Below are positions 1 to 9,065 of a DNA stretch of 27,199 nucleotides, in pieces. The notes beneath the pieces are model-generated. The model saw only the letters and a list, made by a program, of their open reading frames with translations. It searched no databases and was not told the origin of the DNA. The position numbers and the translations under genes were made by a program. Every line of letters begins with the position of its first letter. Position 1 is the stretch's first letter. The DNA is from Fidelibacterota bacterium (GTDB taxonomy: Bacteria > Fidelibacterota > Marinisomatia > Marinisomatales > TCS55). The stretch spans positions 1 to 27,199 of the forward strand of contig JAPNQO010000062.1 in the NCBI GenBank assembly GCA_027251445.1, in the 5' to 3' direction.

Positions 1-347
1 CCATCAGAATCATCTTCTAATTCTACAGCTATTGTTTTATCTAAAGAACTTGCAGAGGGGCGAGTATTTAATCTTATAGTTTGAGATCTTAATACAGAAC
101 TATTTAACTTCATAAATGACTCAAAATCAATAATTTTACTAGAATTATCTGACTCAAAATAAAGCAATACAAAGGTTCCATATTTTTGAGCATCAATTTG
201 ATATGCAAGTTTTTTCTTCCCCCACATATTATGTGAAATAACTTTACCAAACTCGCTTACCTGTTTTTCAACTTCCTTAGTAATACTATCTAGTCTACTT
301 TGCTCAAAATTTGGATTAATTATATATACTGTTTCATAATATCTCAT
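1..347 (-). CDS. rpsF: 30S ribosomal protein S6 (3' end runs off the window; absent from the ORF track)
   Basis: Manual translation from ATG at 347: [65 protein letters not shown]... It has the S6 signatures MRxYE and [10 protein letters not shown]. No stop codon before the window edge. Confidence 0.95.
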   Translation of the reverse strand, partial: MRYYETVYIINPNFEQSRLDSITKEVEKQVSEFGKVISHNMWGKKKLAYQIDAQKYGTFVLLYFESDNSSKIIDFESFMKLNSSVLRSQTIRLNTRPSASSLDKTIAVELEDDSD

Positions 348-353
348 TTTTTT

Positions 354-360
354 CTCCCTA
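354..360 (-). promoter_or_regulatory. Shine-Dalgarno site for rpsF
   Basis: Minus strand reads TAGGGAG, then 6 A's, then the ATG at 347. Confidence 0.7.
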
Positions 361-365
361 TACAA

Positions 366-2507
366 TCAAATCAATGGCGCAATAACAAGTGACACTACTG
401 ACATAAGTTTTATTAAAATATTCAATGATGGCCCTGATGTATCTTTAAATGGATCTCCAACGGTATCACCAACAACAGCTGCTTTATGCATATCAGATCC
501 TTTACCATATTGATTACCATCAATTTCAACTCCTTCTTCAATCATTTTTTTTGCATTATCCCAAGCGCCACCAGAATTTGATTGAAAAATAGCCATTAAC
601 ACGCCTGTTACAGTTACCCCTGCTAATAATCCACCTAAAGTTTGTGGTCCAAATAAGAAGCCTATGACAACAGGAGTTAAGACAGCAAGAAGGCCTGGAA
701 CAATCATTTCTCTGATAGCAGACTGAGTTGATATTTCAACACATTTACTATATTCTGCTTTACCGTTGGCAGAATCAAATATTTTTTTATCCTTTTCAGT
801 CCATTTATCATTTTCACCATATTTATTCATTACAGCAAGAGCAGCAGATAATTCAGGTATTTCATTAAATTGTCTTCTCACTTCTTCTATCATAGCCATC
901 GCTGCACGCCCAACAGCGCCCATCGCCATTGATGAAAAAAGAAATGGTAACATTCCTCCTACAAATAATCCAGACATTACCATAGGTTCAGATATATCTA
1001 TTTGTTCTATACCAGTTTGAACCATGAATGCAGCAAATAATGCTAATGCTGTTAATGCTGCCGATCCTATTGCAAACCCTTTTCCTATAGCCGCTGTTGT
1101 ATTACCAACCGCATCAAGCTTATCAGTCCTTTCACGTACTTCGCTTGGTAAATCAGCCATTTCAGCTATTCCACCAGCGTTATCTGAAATTGGGCCATAT
1201 GCATCTACTGCTAATTGAATACCTGTATTTGCAAGCATACCAAGGGCAGCCATAGCTATTCCATAAAGACCAGCAAACTGGTAAGCTCCAACTATACTGG
1301 TAGCAATAATTAAAATTGGAATTGCTGTTGATTGCATTCCAACACCTAATCCTGCTATAATATTAGTTGCTGCACCCGTTAAAGATTGCTTAACTATTGA
1401 ATTTGTAGGTTTAGTATTAGTCCCTGTATAATGCTCAGTTATTAAACCAATTCCTAATCCAGCAAACAGTCCAATCGTTGTAGCAATAAATACTCCAGTA
1501 TTTGAATAAAGCACATTATTTTGGGAAAAGCTAGTTGGTAAAATATTAGTAACTAATAAATATATTATACCGATCAAAATAATAGAGGAGCCAAACTCTC
1601 CCTTATTTAGTGCTTTTTGTGGATCTCCTCCTTCTTTTACTCGTACTAGAAAAGTACCAATAATAGACATTATTATTCCTGAAGCTGCGATTAGTAATGG
1701 TAAAATAACAAAGCTAACGTCAAACCCTCCCATCACAACTATACTTGCACCAAGGACCATAGATCCAATTATAGATCCTATATATGATTCAAATAAATCC
1801 GCACCCATACCTGCTACATCACCTACATTATCACCAACATTATCTGCAATAGTTGCTGGATTTAGAGGATGATCCTCAGGGATCCCAGCCTCTACTTTAC
1901 CAACAAGATCAGCCCCTACATCAGCTGCTTTTGTATAAATACCACCGCCAACACGTGCAAATAAGGCAATTGAGGATGCGCCCAAGGAGAAACCAGATAT
2001 AACTGTTATTATTTTATTGTAATCGTTAACAAAAATGTTTTGATATAATAAAAACAACAAACTCAAACCTAATAAACCCAAGCCTACTACACTTAACCCC
2101 ATTACAGATCCACCTGTAAATGCAACATTTAAAGCACTCTCTAAACTAGTCCTTGCTGCATTTGTTGTTCGATTATTTGCCTTAGTTGCAACTCTCATAC
2201 CAAGAAACCCTGCTAAGCCAGAAGCAAGAGCACCCGCTATAAAAGATAAAGAAATAAATGCACTTGAGTCTTGACGCCCTGCGTTTGCAAATCCAAGAAG
2301 TAACGCGACAATTAATACAAAAAACCCTAAAACACGGTATTCAGCTCGCAAAAAAGCCATTGAGCCTTCGGCAATACTTTTCCCAATCTGCTCCATTTTA
2401 TCAGTGCCTTGATCTTGTTTATTTATCCAGTTTGTTTTTATAAATGCAAAAATAAGCGCCAAAACGCCTGCATTTAATACTATCCATAAATATGTATTTA
2501 TATCCAT
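366..2507 (-). CDS. hppA: Membrane-integral pyrophosphatase, K+-dependent, probably Na+-translocating
   Basis: Motifs [62 protein letters not shown] and [14 protein letters not shown], plus many hydrophobic segments. Confidence 0.96.
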   Translation of the reverse strand: MDINTYLWIVLNAGVLALIFAFIKTNWINKQDQGTDKMEQIGKSIAEGSMAFLRAEYRVLGFFVLIVALLLGFANAGRQDSSAFISLSFIAGALASGLAGFLGMRVATKANNRTTNAARTSLESALNVAFTGGSVMGLSVVGLGLLGLSLLFLLYQNIFVNDYNKIITVISGFSLGASSIALFARVGGGIYTKAADVGADLVGKVEAGIPEDHPLNPATIADNVGDNVGDVAGMGADLFESYIGSIIGSMVLGASIVVMGGFDVSFVILPLLIAASGIIMSIIGTFLVRVKEGGDPQKALNKGEFGSSIILIGIIYLLVTNILPTSFSQNNVLYSNTGVFIATTIGLFAGLGIGLITEHYTGTNTKPTNSIVKQSLTGAATNIIAGLGVGMQSTAIPILIIATSIVGAYQFAGLYGIAMAALGMLANTGIQLAVDAYGPISDNAGGIAEMADLPSEVRERTDKLDAVGNTTAAIGKGFAIGSAALTALALFAAFMVQTGIEQIDISEPMVMSGLFVGGMLPFLFSSMAMGAVGRAAMAMIEEVRRQFNEIPELSAALAVMNKYGENDKWTEKDKKIFDSANGKAEYSKCVEISTQSAIREMIVPGLLAVLTPVVIGFLFGPQTLGGLLAGVTVTGVLMAIFQSNSGGAWDNAKKMIEEGVEIDGNQYGKGSDMHKAAVVGDTVGDPFKDTSGPSLNILIKLMSVVSLVIAPLI

Positions 2508-2513
2508 TTTTAA

Positions 2514-3080
2514 TTATCCCATTTCTAATTTATTATATTGATTCATAGTTTTATCTAACCCCGCATTCAACAGAGATTCAGCCGCATCAGCAGCAATTTG
2601 GATCATTTCTTTAGAAAAATTTTGGTCATTCTTTTTAAAGGGTTTCAATACATACTTTTCTGATGGCCTTTTATAGTCTTGTGAAGCAACACCAAATCTT
2701 AATCTTGGAAATTTTGTGTTACCTAAATGGTAGATTATTGATTCTAATCCTCTATGACACCCATCTCCTCCTTTAGGGCGTATTCTAATACGTCCCAAAG
2801 GCAAATCAACATCATCAACACAAACAAATAAATTATTTAAATTAATATTAAATAATCCCACAAAATGCTTCAAGGCTATGCCGCTATTATTCATCCCTGT
2901 TGTAGGCTTCATTAGCATGACATCTTTGGTTTCTTTTTTTGAAAAAACATAGTTTCCTTTGCCCGCATTAAAATTACAAGTCCATCTTTTAGCCAATTCA
3001 TCAATGATCCAAAAACCTGCATTATGTTTTGTGTTATAATATTCATCTCCAGGATTTCCAAGTCCAATAAAAACTATCAT
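2514..3080 (-). CDS. pth: Peptidyl-tRNA hydrolase
   Basis: GLGNPG..Y..TKHNAGF, KPTTGMNNSG, GGDGCHRGLESI, RLRFGV. Lies downstream of rplY, the conserved order. Confidence 0.95.
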   Translation of the reverse strand: MIVFIGLGNPGDEYYNTKHNAGFWIIDELAKRWTCNFNAGKGNYVFSKKETKDVMLMKPTTGMNNSGIALKHFVGLFNINLNNLFVCVDDVDLPLGRIRIRPKGGDGCHRGLESIIYHLGNTKFPRLRFGVASQDYKRPSEKYVLKPFKKNDQNFSKEMIQIAADAAESLLNAGLDKTMNQYNKLEMG

Positions 3081-3799
3081 TAACCAGATCCACCATCTGA
3101 GGATTCTTTGTTATCTCCTTCTTTGCTATCTTCTTTATCACCGGTGGGCTGTTCTTGATCAGGAGTTGTTTCACCATCATCGGCTTCTTCTCCTTCAGGC
3201 AATTCTTCACCGTCTTCAAGTTCTTCAATAACAGGCTCTTCTTCTTCCTTAGGTGGAGCAAGAGTAGCAATAGTTGATTCTAAGTCAGATAATATTTCAA
3301 CATCTTCAGGAATATCAACTATATCAGCAATAGTCATATTGCTATTTAATTCCATCCCCGAAACATCTACTAAAATATTATCCGGTACATTGGTAGGTAA
3401 ACAGTTAACTTCTACTGAAGTCAGAATCTGACTTAAAACCCCACCTTCTTTAACGCCTTCAGCTTCCCCTTCTAATGAAATTGGTATAGTAAAACTCATT
3501 TTTTCCGTCATATTTACTTGCATAAGATCAATGTGAAGGACTTCATCTGTTACAGGATGGTATTGTATACCTTTTATAGTAACGTATTGGGTCGCTCCAT
3601 TCATTTCTACTTCAAAAACATGCTGACCAGAACTCATCGCATGATAGAGCTTCTTTTTATCAATTTGCAAATTGACATTCTCTTCTCCATGAAAATAATA
3701 TACACCTGGGACCATTCCATCTCTTCTTAATGATCGAGCTTTAGACTTCCCTTTGCCTATTCTTTCATTTAAATCTAATTTTTCATATTCTTGAGCCAT
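3080..3799 (-). CDS. rplY: 50S ribosomal protein L25 / Ctc long form with acidic C-terminal tail
   Basis: GKSKARSLRRDGMVPGVYY, IQYHPVTDEVLHIDL, GEAEGVKEGG and an E/D-rich tail. Sits between prs and pth. Confidence 0.95.
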   Translation of the reverse strand: MAQEYEKLDLNERIGKGKSKARSLRRDGMVPGVYYFHGEENVNLQIDKKKLYHAMSSGQHVFEVEMNGATQYVTIKGIQYHPVTDEVLHIDLMQVNMTEKMSFTIPISLEGEAEGVKEGGVLSQILTSVEVNCLPTNVPDNILVDVSGMELNSNMTIADIVDIPEDVEILSDLESTIATLAPPKEEEEPVIEELEDGEELPEGEEADDGETTPDQEQPTGDKEDSKEGDNKESSDGGSG

Positions 3800-3815
3800 A
3801 ATAATTTTCCCTTAA

Positions 3816-4760
3816 TTATAAATTAAATAATGCACTAACAGATTCGCCTCTATGAATACGTTTAATTGCTTCTCCAAAAACATCAGCAACTGAAACTATA
3901 TGCATTTTTGATATTTGTTTATTATCATCTACAAAAATTGTATCTGTTATAATAATTTTATTAATTGGTGCGCTATCTAATCTTTCTATTGCTTCCCCTG
4001 ATAAAACTCCATGAGTAGCAACAGCTATAACTGAATTAGCGCCTTTATCAATAGCAGCTTTAGCAGCAGAAACAGTTGTCCCTGCTGTATCAATCATATC
4101 ATCAATAATCAATACATCTTTACCTTTTAACTCACCTATAAGATGACTTACCTCAGCTTTATTAGGAGCATAACGACGTTTATCTATGAGAGCAAAATGA
4201 AAACCTAAGCGCTTAGCATAAGACTGGCCCATCGCTGCAGAACCTACATCAGGAGCTAAAACAGCACAATTTTCTGGGTCTAGGTTTAACGATTTCAAAG
4301 TGTCTAATAAAACCATACGACTGTAAATATGATCAAATGGTATTGAAGCAAATCCTTGAATTTGTGTTGAATGTAAATCCATACTAATAATTCTATCTGC
4401 ACCAGTGGCCGTAATGATATCTACCATTACTCTTGATGATATGGGAACCCTAGGTTGATCCTTTCTATCCTGCCTCCCATATCCAAAATATGGAATTACA
4501 GCAGTAACTCTTCTAGCTGATGCTCTCACCGCTGCATCAAGAAGTAAAAATAATTCTATCAAATTTTCAGCTGGCCCACATGTAGATTGAATTATAAATA
4601 CATCATTACCTCGTATATTTTCCTCAAACTTTACCCATAGCTCTCCATCTGAAAAGGTGCGTATAGTAACCTTACCTAGATCTAACCCAAGATGCTCAAC
4701 AATTCCTTTTGAGAGAGTTAGATTACTTCTTCCGCTAAATATTTTTAATGTTTCTTTCAT
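3816..4760 (-). CDS. prs: Ribose-phosphate pyrophosphokinase (start corrected to ATG at 4760, 314 aa)
   Basis: FSDGE, PYFGYGRQDRK, MDLHSTQIQGF, APDVG, IIDDMIDTAGT. The ORF-track extension to 4862 runs through the tRNA gene and is an artefact. MKETLKIFSG is a typical Prs N-terminus. Confidence 0.96.
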   Translation of the reverse strand: MKETLKIFSGRSNLTLSKGIVEHLGLDLGKVTIRTFSDGELWVKFEENIRGNDVFIIQSTCGPAENLIELFLLLDAAVRASARRVTAVIPYFGYGRQDRKDQPRVPISSRVMVDIITATGADRIISMDLHSTQIQGFASIPFDHIYSRMVLLDTLKSLNLDPENCAVLAPDVGSAAMGQSYAKRLGFHFALIDKRRYAPNKAEVSHLIGELKGKDVLIIDDMIDTAGTTVSAAKAAIDKGANSVIAVATHGVLSGEAIERLDSAPINKIIITDTIFVDDNKQISKMHIVSVADVFGEAIKRIHRGESVSALFNL

Positions 4761-4795
4761 CAAATTTTTCTTAAACCAATGATATATGATTTTTG

Positions 4796-4866
4796 CTGGG
4801 GTGCAGGGACTCGAACCCCGACTGCCGGGACCAAAACCCGGTGTCCTACCGTTAGACGACACCCCA
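4796..4866 (-). tRNA. tRNA-Gln (anticodon TTG), CCA not encoded
   Basis: Minus strand TGGGGTG TC GTCTAACGGTAGGAC A CCGGG TTTTGGT CCCGG CAGT CGGGG TTCGAGT CCCTG CACCCCA G gives a 7-bp acceptor stem, a 5-bp anticodon stem with TTG and a TTCGA T-loop. It occupies the conserved ispE-tRNAGln-prs position. Confidence 0.97.
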
Positions 4867-4893
4867 AATTATCTTCATATTCAGGGATTGAAT

Positions 4894-5742
4894 TTATCTG
4901 ATGGATAGTGGCTGTGTAATTATTGCCTTATTAGACTCGGAAAATAATAATTGTGCAGATGTAGCATCTGCTTCATCATTAAATAATCCGAACACAGTCG
5001 AGCCGCTACCCGACAGACTGGCAAATCTTGCATTACAATCAAGCAACTTGCTTTTAATCACACCAATCTCTGGATATGTCGAAAAAACGATTTTTTCAAA
5101 ATCATTCTCAAAAAGCTGAAAAGGAATTCTGTCCTTTCCTATAAGATCGGCGAAGTTAACTGCCTTAGTAGGTATTTCCAACTTGTTTCTAACTTGCGAA
5201 TAAGCCCATCTGGTGTTGATCGTACAATTAGGAAATACTAACAATACAGTATAGGGTAACTTTATTTTTAATGAGGTAAGCTTATTCCCAACCCCTTTTC
5301 CATATTGCATACCACCCTTAATGAAAAAAGGAACATCAGCGCCTATGTGCTTTGATATATTTATTAATTGGTCCTTGGTTAATCCGATATCATACAAATT
5401 ATTAATGCCAATAATGGTAGATGCTGCATTACTTGACCCACCTCCCAAGCCAGCTCCCATGGGTATATTTTTATCAACATGTATGTTTACTCCTTTAAGA
5501 GCAGAAAATTCTTTTTTTATTCTACTATATGCCTTGAAGCAAGTGTTTGATGAGTCTATTGGGAAATCAATATTATTTGATGATAGTTGGCAACCTTCAT
5601 TGGCTCTTGTTAATGTTATTATGTCATGGAATCGTAATTCCTGAAAAACTGTCTCTATATTATGATAATTATCATTCCTTTGGTTAATTATTTTTAAACC
5701 AATATTTATTTTTGCGTAGGAATTAAGGGTTAAAGATTTCAA
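4894..5742 (-). CDS. ispE: 4-(cytidine 5'-diphospho)-2-C-methyl-D-erythritol kinase
   Basis: AKINIGL, YHNIETVF, GHMP-kinase loop KNIPMGAGLGGGSSNAA, GADVPFF, SGSGSTVFG. TTG start. Confidence 0.95.
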   Translation of the reverse strand: MKSLTLNSYAKINIGLKIINQRNDNYHNIETVFQELRFHDIITLTRANEGCQLSSNNIDFPIDSSNTCFKAYSRIKKEFSALKGVNIHVDKNIPMGAGLGGGSSNAASTIIGINNLYDIGLTKDQLINISKHIGADVPFFIKGGMQYGKGVGNKLTSLKIKLPYTVLLVFPNCTINTRWAYSQVRNKLEIPTKAVNFADLIGKDRIPFQLFENDFEKIVFSTYPEIGVIKSKLLDCNARFASLSGSGSTVFGLFNDEADATSAQLLFSESNKAIITQPLSIR

Positions 5743-5745
5743 AGA

Positions 5746-6219
5746 TTACTTTGATATAGTAGCAATAGCCAATGCTCCAATTCCCTCATTTTTTCCAATA
5801 AAGCCAAGACCGTCAGTTGTTGTAGACTTTATTGAAATTGAAGATTTATCAGCATTTATCACATTGCTAATATTATCAATCATTTCAGATATTTTATTTG
5901 ATATTTTAGGTTTTTCCAATATAATTGTACTATCTATGTGATCGATATTATATCCTATTTTATATAAATGTTCTGATGCTTGCTGTAAGAAGAACAAGCT
6001 ATCCTTATCTTTCCATTTTTTATCAGAGCTAGGAAAGTATTTGCCTAAATCTCCTAATGAAGCCGCACCTAACAATGCATCCACCATTGCATGCAACAAT
6101 ACATCCCCATCAGAATAAGCAACCACTCCTATTGAGCTAGATATTTTCACTCCTCCTAAAATTAGATTCTCACCTTTCTTAAGTGGATGTACATCATATC
6201 CTATTCCTGATTTAACCAT
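5746..6219 (-). CDS. ispF: 2-C-methyl-D-erythritol 2,4-cyclodiphosphate synthase
   Basis: GIGYDVH, LILGGV, SDGDVLLHAMVDALLGAA, GDLGKYFP, KSTTTDGLGF. Overlaps the ispD stop. Confidence 0.94.
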   Translation of the reverse strand: MVKSGIGYDVHPLKKGENLILGGVKISSSIGVVAYSDGDVLLHAMVDALLGAASLGDLGKYFPSSDKKWKDKDSLFFLQQASEHLYKIGYNIDHIDSTIILEKPKISNKISEMIDNISNVINADKSSISIKSTTTDGLGFIGKNEGIGALAIATISK

Positions 6220-6883
6220 AAATTATCTTTTCTGCTAAGCTCCAATCATCAATTGTAGTGATTTTAAAATTCATGATAGACCCCTTAGTTACTGAAACCA
6301 TACCTCCAGCAGCTTCAACCATTGAAGCTTCATCTGTAGCGTCATTACTACTCATCGCTTCTATAAGAATCTTCTTTTTAAATGTTTGAGGAGTTTGTGC
6401 TAACCATATTTTATCTCGATCAATAGTACGTACAATATTAAAATTGTTTACTTCTTTTATTGTATCATTTGATGGTAGAGCTGCAATACATCCATCACTA
6501 TTTTCAGCGCCTGATATAGTTGATAATATTAGATCATTTGTAACAAAAGGTCTAACTATATCATGAATGGTTACTAACTCTACAGATTTTGACAACGCCA
6601 AACACCCTTTCATAACGGAGTCCTGTCTTCTTTCTCCTCCCGCTATAACTTTAATAGGTTTTTTATGTTTAAACGGCTCAACTTCCTTCAATATATATTC
6701 AATGTCATTTTGATTTGCGACAACAACTATCTCAGCAATTTCTTTACATTTTACGAAAACATCTAATGCATAAATAAAAAGTGGCTTATTCGCTAAATGT
6801 TTAAGCTGTTTTTTTTCACCAAACCTATCCCCAACGCCTGCTGCAGGAAGTACAGCTCCAACATTCAATAATGATTTTACCAT
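6212..6883 (-). CDS. ispD: 2-C-methyl-D-erythritol 4-phosphate cytidylyltransferase
   Basis: PAAGVGDRFG..KQ, GGERRQDSV, HDIVRPF, AQTPQTF, NFKITT..D. Directly upstream of ispF. Confidence 0.93.
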   Translation of the reverse strand: MVKSLLNVGAVLPAAGVGDRFGEKKQLKHLANKPLFIYALDVFVKCKEIAEIVVVANQNDIEYILKEVEPFKHKKPIKVIAGGERRQDSVMKGCLALSKSVELVTIHDIVRPFVTNDLILSTISGAENSDGCIAALPSNDTIKEVNNFNIVRTIDRDKIWLAQTPQTFKKKILIEAMSSNDATDEASMVEAAGGMVSVTKGSIMNFKITTIDDWSLAEKIIYG

Positions 6884-6886
6884 TAA

Positions 6887-7939
6887 TCAAAGTATAAGCA
6901 TGGCATCACCATAACTTAAAAAGCGATATTTTTTCTTTTTCGCTTCACTATATGCTCGCATAATTAATTTTCTTGTCGCAAACGCGGATACCATCATAAG
7001 CAATGTACTTTTAGGCTGATGAAAGTTTGTAATTAATGCATCTACCATTTTAAAATCATAAGGGGGATATATAAATTTATCTGTCCACCCTCTTTTTGGA
7101 GTTACTTGAAAACCTGAAACAACTACAGTTTCTAATGAACGAACTGTCGAAGTACCAACGGCAACTACTTTTCTTCTCTTTTTTTTCGTTTCATTAATAA
7201 CTAACGCTGTCGCTGGTGATAATTCAAAATATTCTGAATCCATTTGGTGACGATTAAGATCTTCAACTTGCACAGGCCTAAAAGTTCCCAACCCTATATG
7301 AAGGGTAGTAAACTCTGTTTTTATTTGTTTTTGCTTAAGTTTTTTTATTACTTCATCAGTAAAATGGAGCCCTGCAGTTGGAGCTGCAACTGCTCCTCTA
7401 CGATCCGCATAAACTGTTTGATATCTTATTTTATCAGAGGGAACAGCATTTCTATTTATATAAGGCGGTAAAGGTGAAAGACCAATGCGATCAATAATGC
7501 TATATATATCTTCACCCTCATATTCAAACCTTACAACTCTGCCCCCAGAAATAGTATTATCAATAACATCACAATATACATCTTTAGCAAACATAAGCTT
7601 ATTGCCAATTCTAACTTTTCTTGCAGGCTTAACCATTACCTCCCAAAGATCATTCTCTAATTCACGCAGGAGAAACACTTCTACTTTCGCCTCAGTTCTA
7701 TCTTTATTTGCAAATAATCTTGCAGGAAAAACCTTTGTATTATTCAACATAAATAAATCATTTTTTCTGAAGTAATCTGGCAGGTTTGAAAATTTCTTAT
7801 GCTCTATTTCCCCAGTATCTCTATGAATGACCATTAATTTTGACCCATCGCGTTTCTTTGCCGGATATTGAGCAATATATTTTTTTGGAAGTGCATAATC
7901 AAAATCTGCTAGTTTATATTTTTTCTTTTTTTGTATCAT
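6887..7939 (-). CDS. queA: S-adenosylmethionine:tRNA ribosyltransferase-isomerase
   Basis: DFDYALP, NNTKVFPARL, PLPPYI, RYQTVYA, AVAAPTAGLHF, TLHIGLGTF, TNFHQPKSTL, YRFLSYGDAM. Confidence 0.97.
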   Translation of the reverse strand: MIQKKKKYKLADFDYALPKKYIAQYPAKKRDGSKLMVIHRDTGEIEHKKFSNLPDYFRKNDLFMLNNTKVFPARLFANKDRTEAKVEVFLLRELENDLWEVMVKPARKVRIGNKLMFAKDVYCDVIDNTISGGRVVRFEYEGEDIYSIIDRIGLSPLPPYINRNAVPSDKIRYQTVYADRRGAVAAPTAGLHFTDEVIKKLKQKQIKTEFTTLHIGLGTFRPVQVEDLNRHQMDSEYFELSPATALVINETKKKRRKVVAVGTSTVRSLETVVVSGFQVTPKRGWTDKFIYPPYDFKMVDALITNFHQPKSTLLMMVSAFATRKLIMRAYSEAKKKKYRFLSYGDAMLIL

Positions 7940-8961
7940 TAGAATAATCCTGTTTGTTTATTTGAATTAAAATTCTTACCTAAAATTTTATAAGCTTTTT
8001 TTTGCGCAATACGTCCTCGGGCTGTCCTCTGAATAAATCCTTCCTTTATTAAAAAAGGCTCATAAACATCTTCGATGGTTGTTGGGTCTTCACTTATAGC
8101 CACAGCTAACGAACCAACCCCTACTGGGCCACCATTAAAATTATCTATTAAGACAGTTAATATTTGACGATCCATATCATCAAGGCCATAATTATCAATG
8201 CCTAAAGATTTCAAAGATTCTTGGGCAATATCCTTGTTGATCTTGCCATTTGATTTAACATCAGCATAATCTCTGGTTCTTCTTAAAATACGATTTGCTA
8301 TTCTTGGTGTCCCCCTTGAACGTTTTGCAAGTTCTTTAGCCCCATCCTCATCAATGATAACCTCTAAAATTTGAGCAGATCTATTTATAATTTTAAACAA
8401 ATCTTTCGGGGTGTAATAATTTACACGTAAGATAACACCAAAGCGATCTCTTAATGGAGAAGTTAAATTCCCTAATCTAGTTGTGGCGCCAATAAGCGTG
8501 AACCTTTCTATGTTTAATTGAACACTGCGTGCGCTAGGACCAGAATCAATCATAATCTCTAATTGATAATCCTCCATAGCTGAATATAGATATTCTTCTA
8601 CCACGCTATTTAATCTATGAATTTCATCAATAAAAAAAACATCTTTCCTGGCAACATTGGTTAACATACCAGCAAGGTCTCCAGCCTTATCAACGACAGG
8701 ACCTGAGGACTGTTTAAGATTAACATTTAGCTCTTTTGATATAATGTTGGCCAAGGTTGTTTTTCCTAACCCTGGGGGTCCAAATAATAATACATGATCT
8801 AGAGCTTCGTCTCGTTTATTTGCTGCATCAATATATAATTTCAAATTATCCACAACATCATTTTGCCCAACAAAATCATCAAAATGTGAAGGCCGGAGGG
8901 TCTTTTCAATAGTTATGTCATCTTCAATGATAGATGGGTCTGTTATGTGAGTATCAGTCAT
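7939..8961 (-). CDS. ruvB: Holliday junction branch migration helicase RuvB
   Basis: LRP..FDDFVGQ, Walker A GPPGLGKTT, Walker B FIDEIHRL, GATTR, RDRFG, RGTPRIANR, EDVYEPFL. Confidence 0.97.
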   Translation of the reverse strand: MTDTHITDPSIIEDDITIEKTLRPSHFDDFVGQNDVVDNLKLYIDAANKRDEALDHVLLFGPPGLGKTTLANIISKELNVNLKQSSGPVVDKAGDLAGMLTNVARKDVFFIDEIHRLNSVVEEYLYSAMEDYQLEIMIDSGPSARSVQLNIERFTLIGATTRLGNLTSPLRDRFGVILRVNYYTPKDLFKIINRSAQILEVIIDEDGAKELAKRSRGTPRIANRILRRTRDYADVKSNGKINKDIAQESLKSLGIDNYGLDDMDRQILTVLIDNFNGGPVGVGSLAVAISEDPTTIEDVYEPFLIKEGFIQRTARGRIAQKKAYKILGKNFNSNKQTGLF

Positions 8962-9065
8962 TAATATTTATAGGAAATAGATAAAATGTTATCATATACA
9001 GCTACTAAAGATAATAAATGCAATGGGGGGTCTTCAAGTTAGTAAATTAATTCAATGATAATAGA

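Noticed and set aside
766..2443. Short plus-strand ORFs 766..1020, 1024..1218 and 2258..2443
   Set aside because: Antisense shadows of hppA with no recognisable motifs.
4761..4862. 34-aa N-terminal extension of Prs in the ORF track
   Set aside because: It is read through the tRNA-Gln gene. The real start is most likely ATG 4760.
3043..7775. Small ORFs 3043..3270, 3518..3730, 4901..5119, 5321..5644, 7244..7471 and 7485..7775
   Set aside because: They overlap well-supported genes in alternative or antisense frames.
8962..9065. Possible sigma70-like promoter for ruvB (TTGAAG-N18-TATCTT on the minus strand)
   Set aside because: Weak match with several equally plausible alternatives, so a site cannot be supported.
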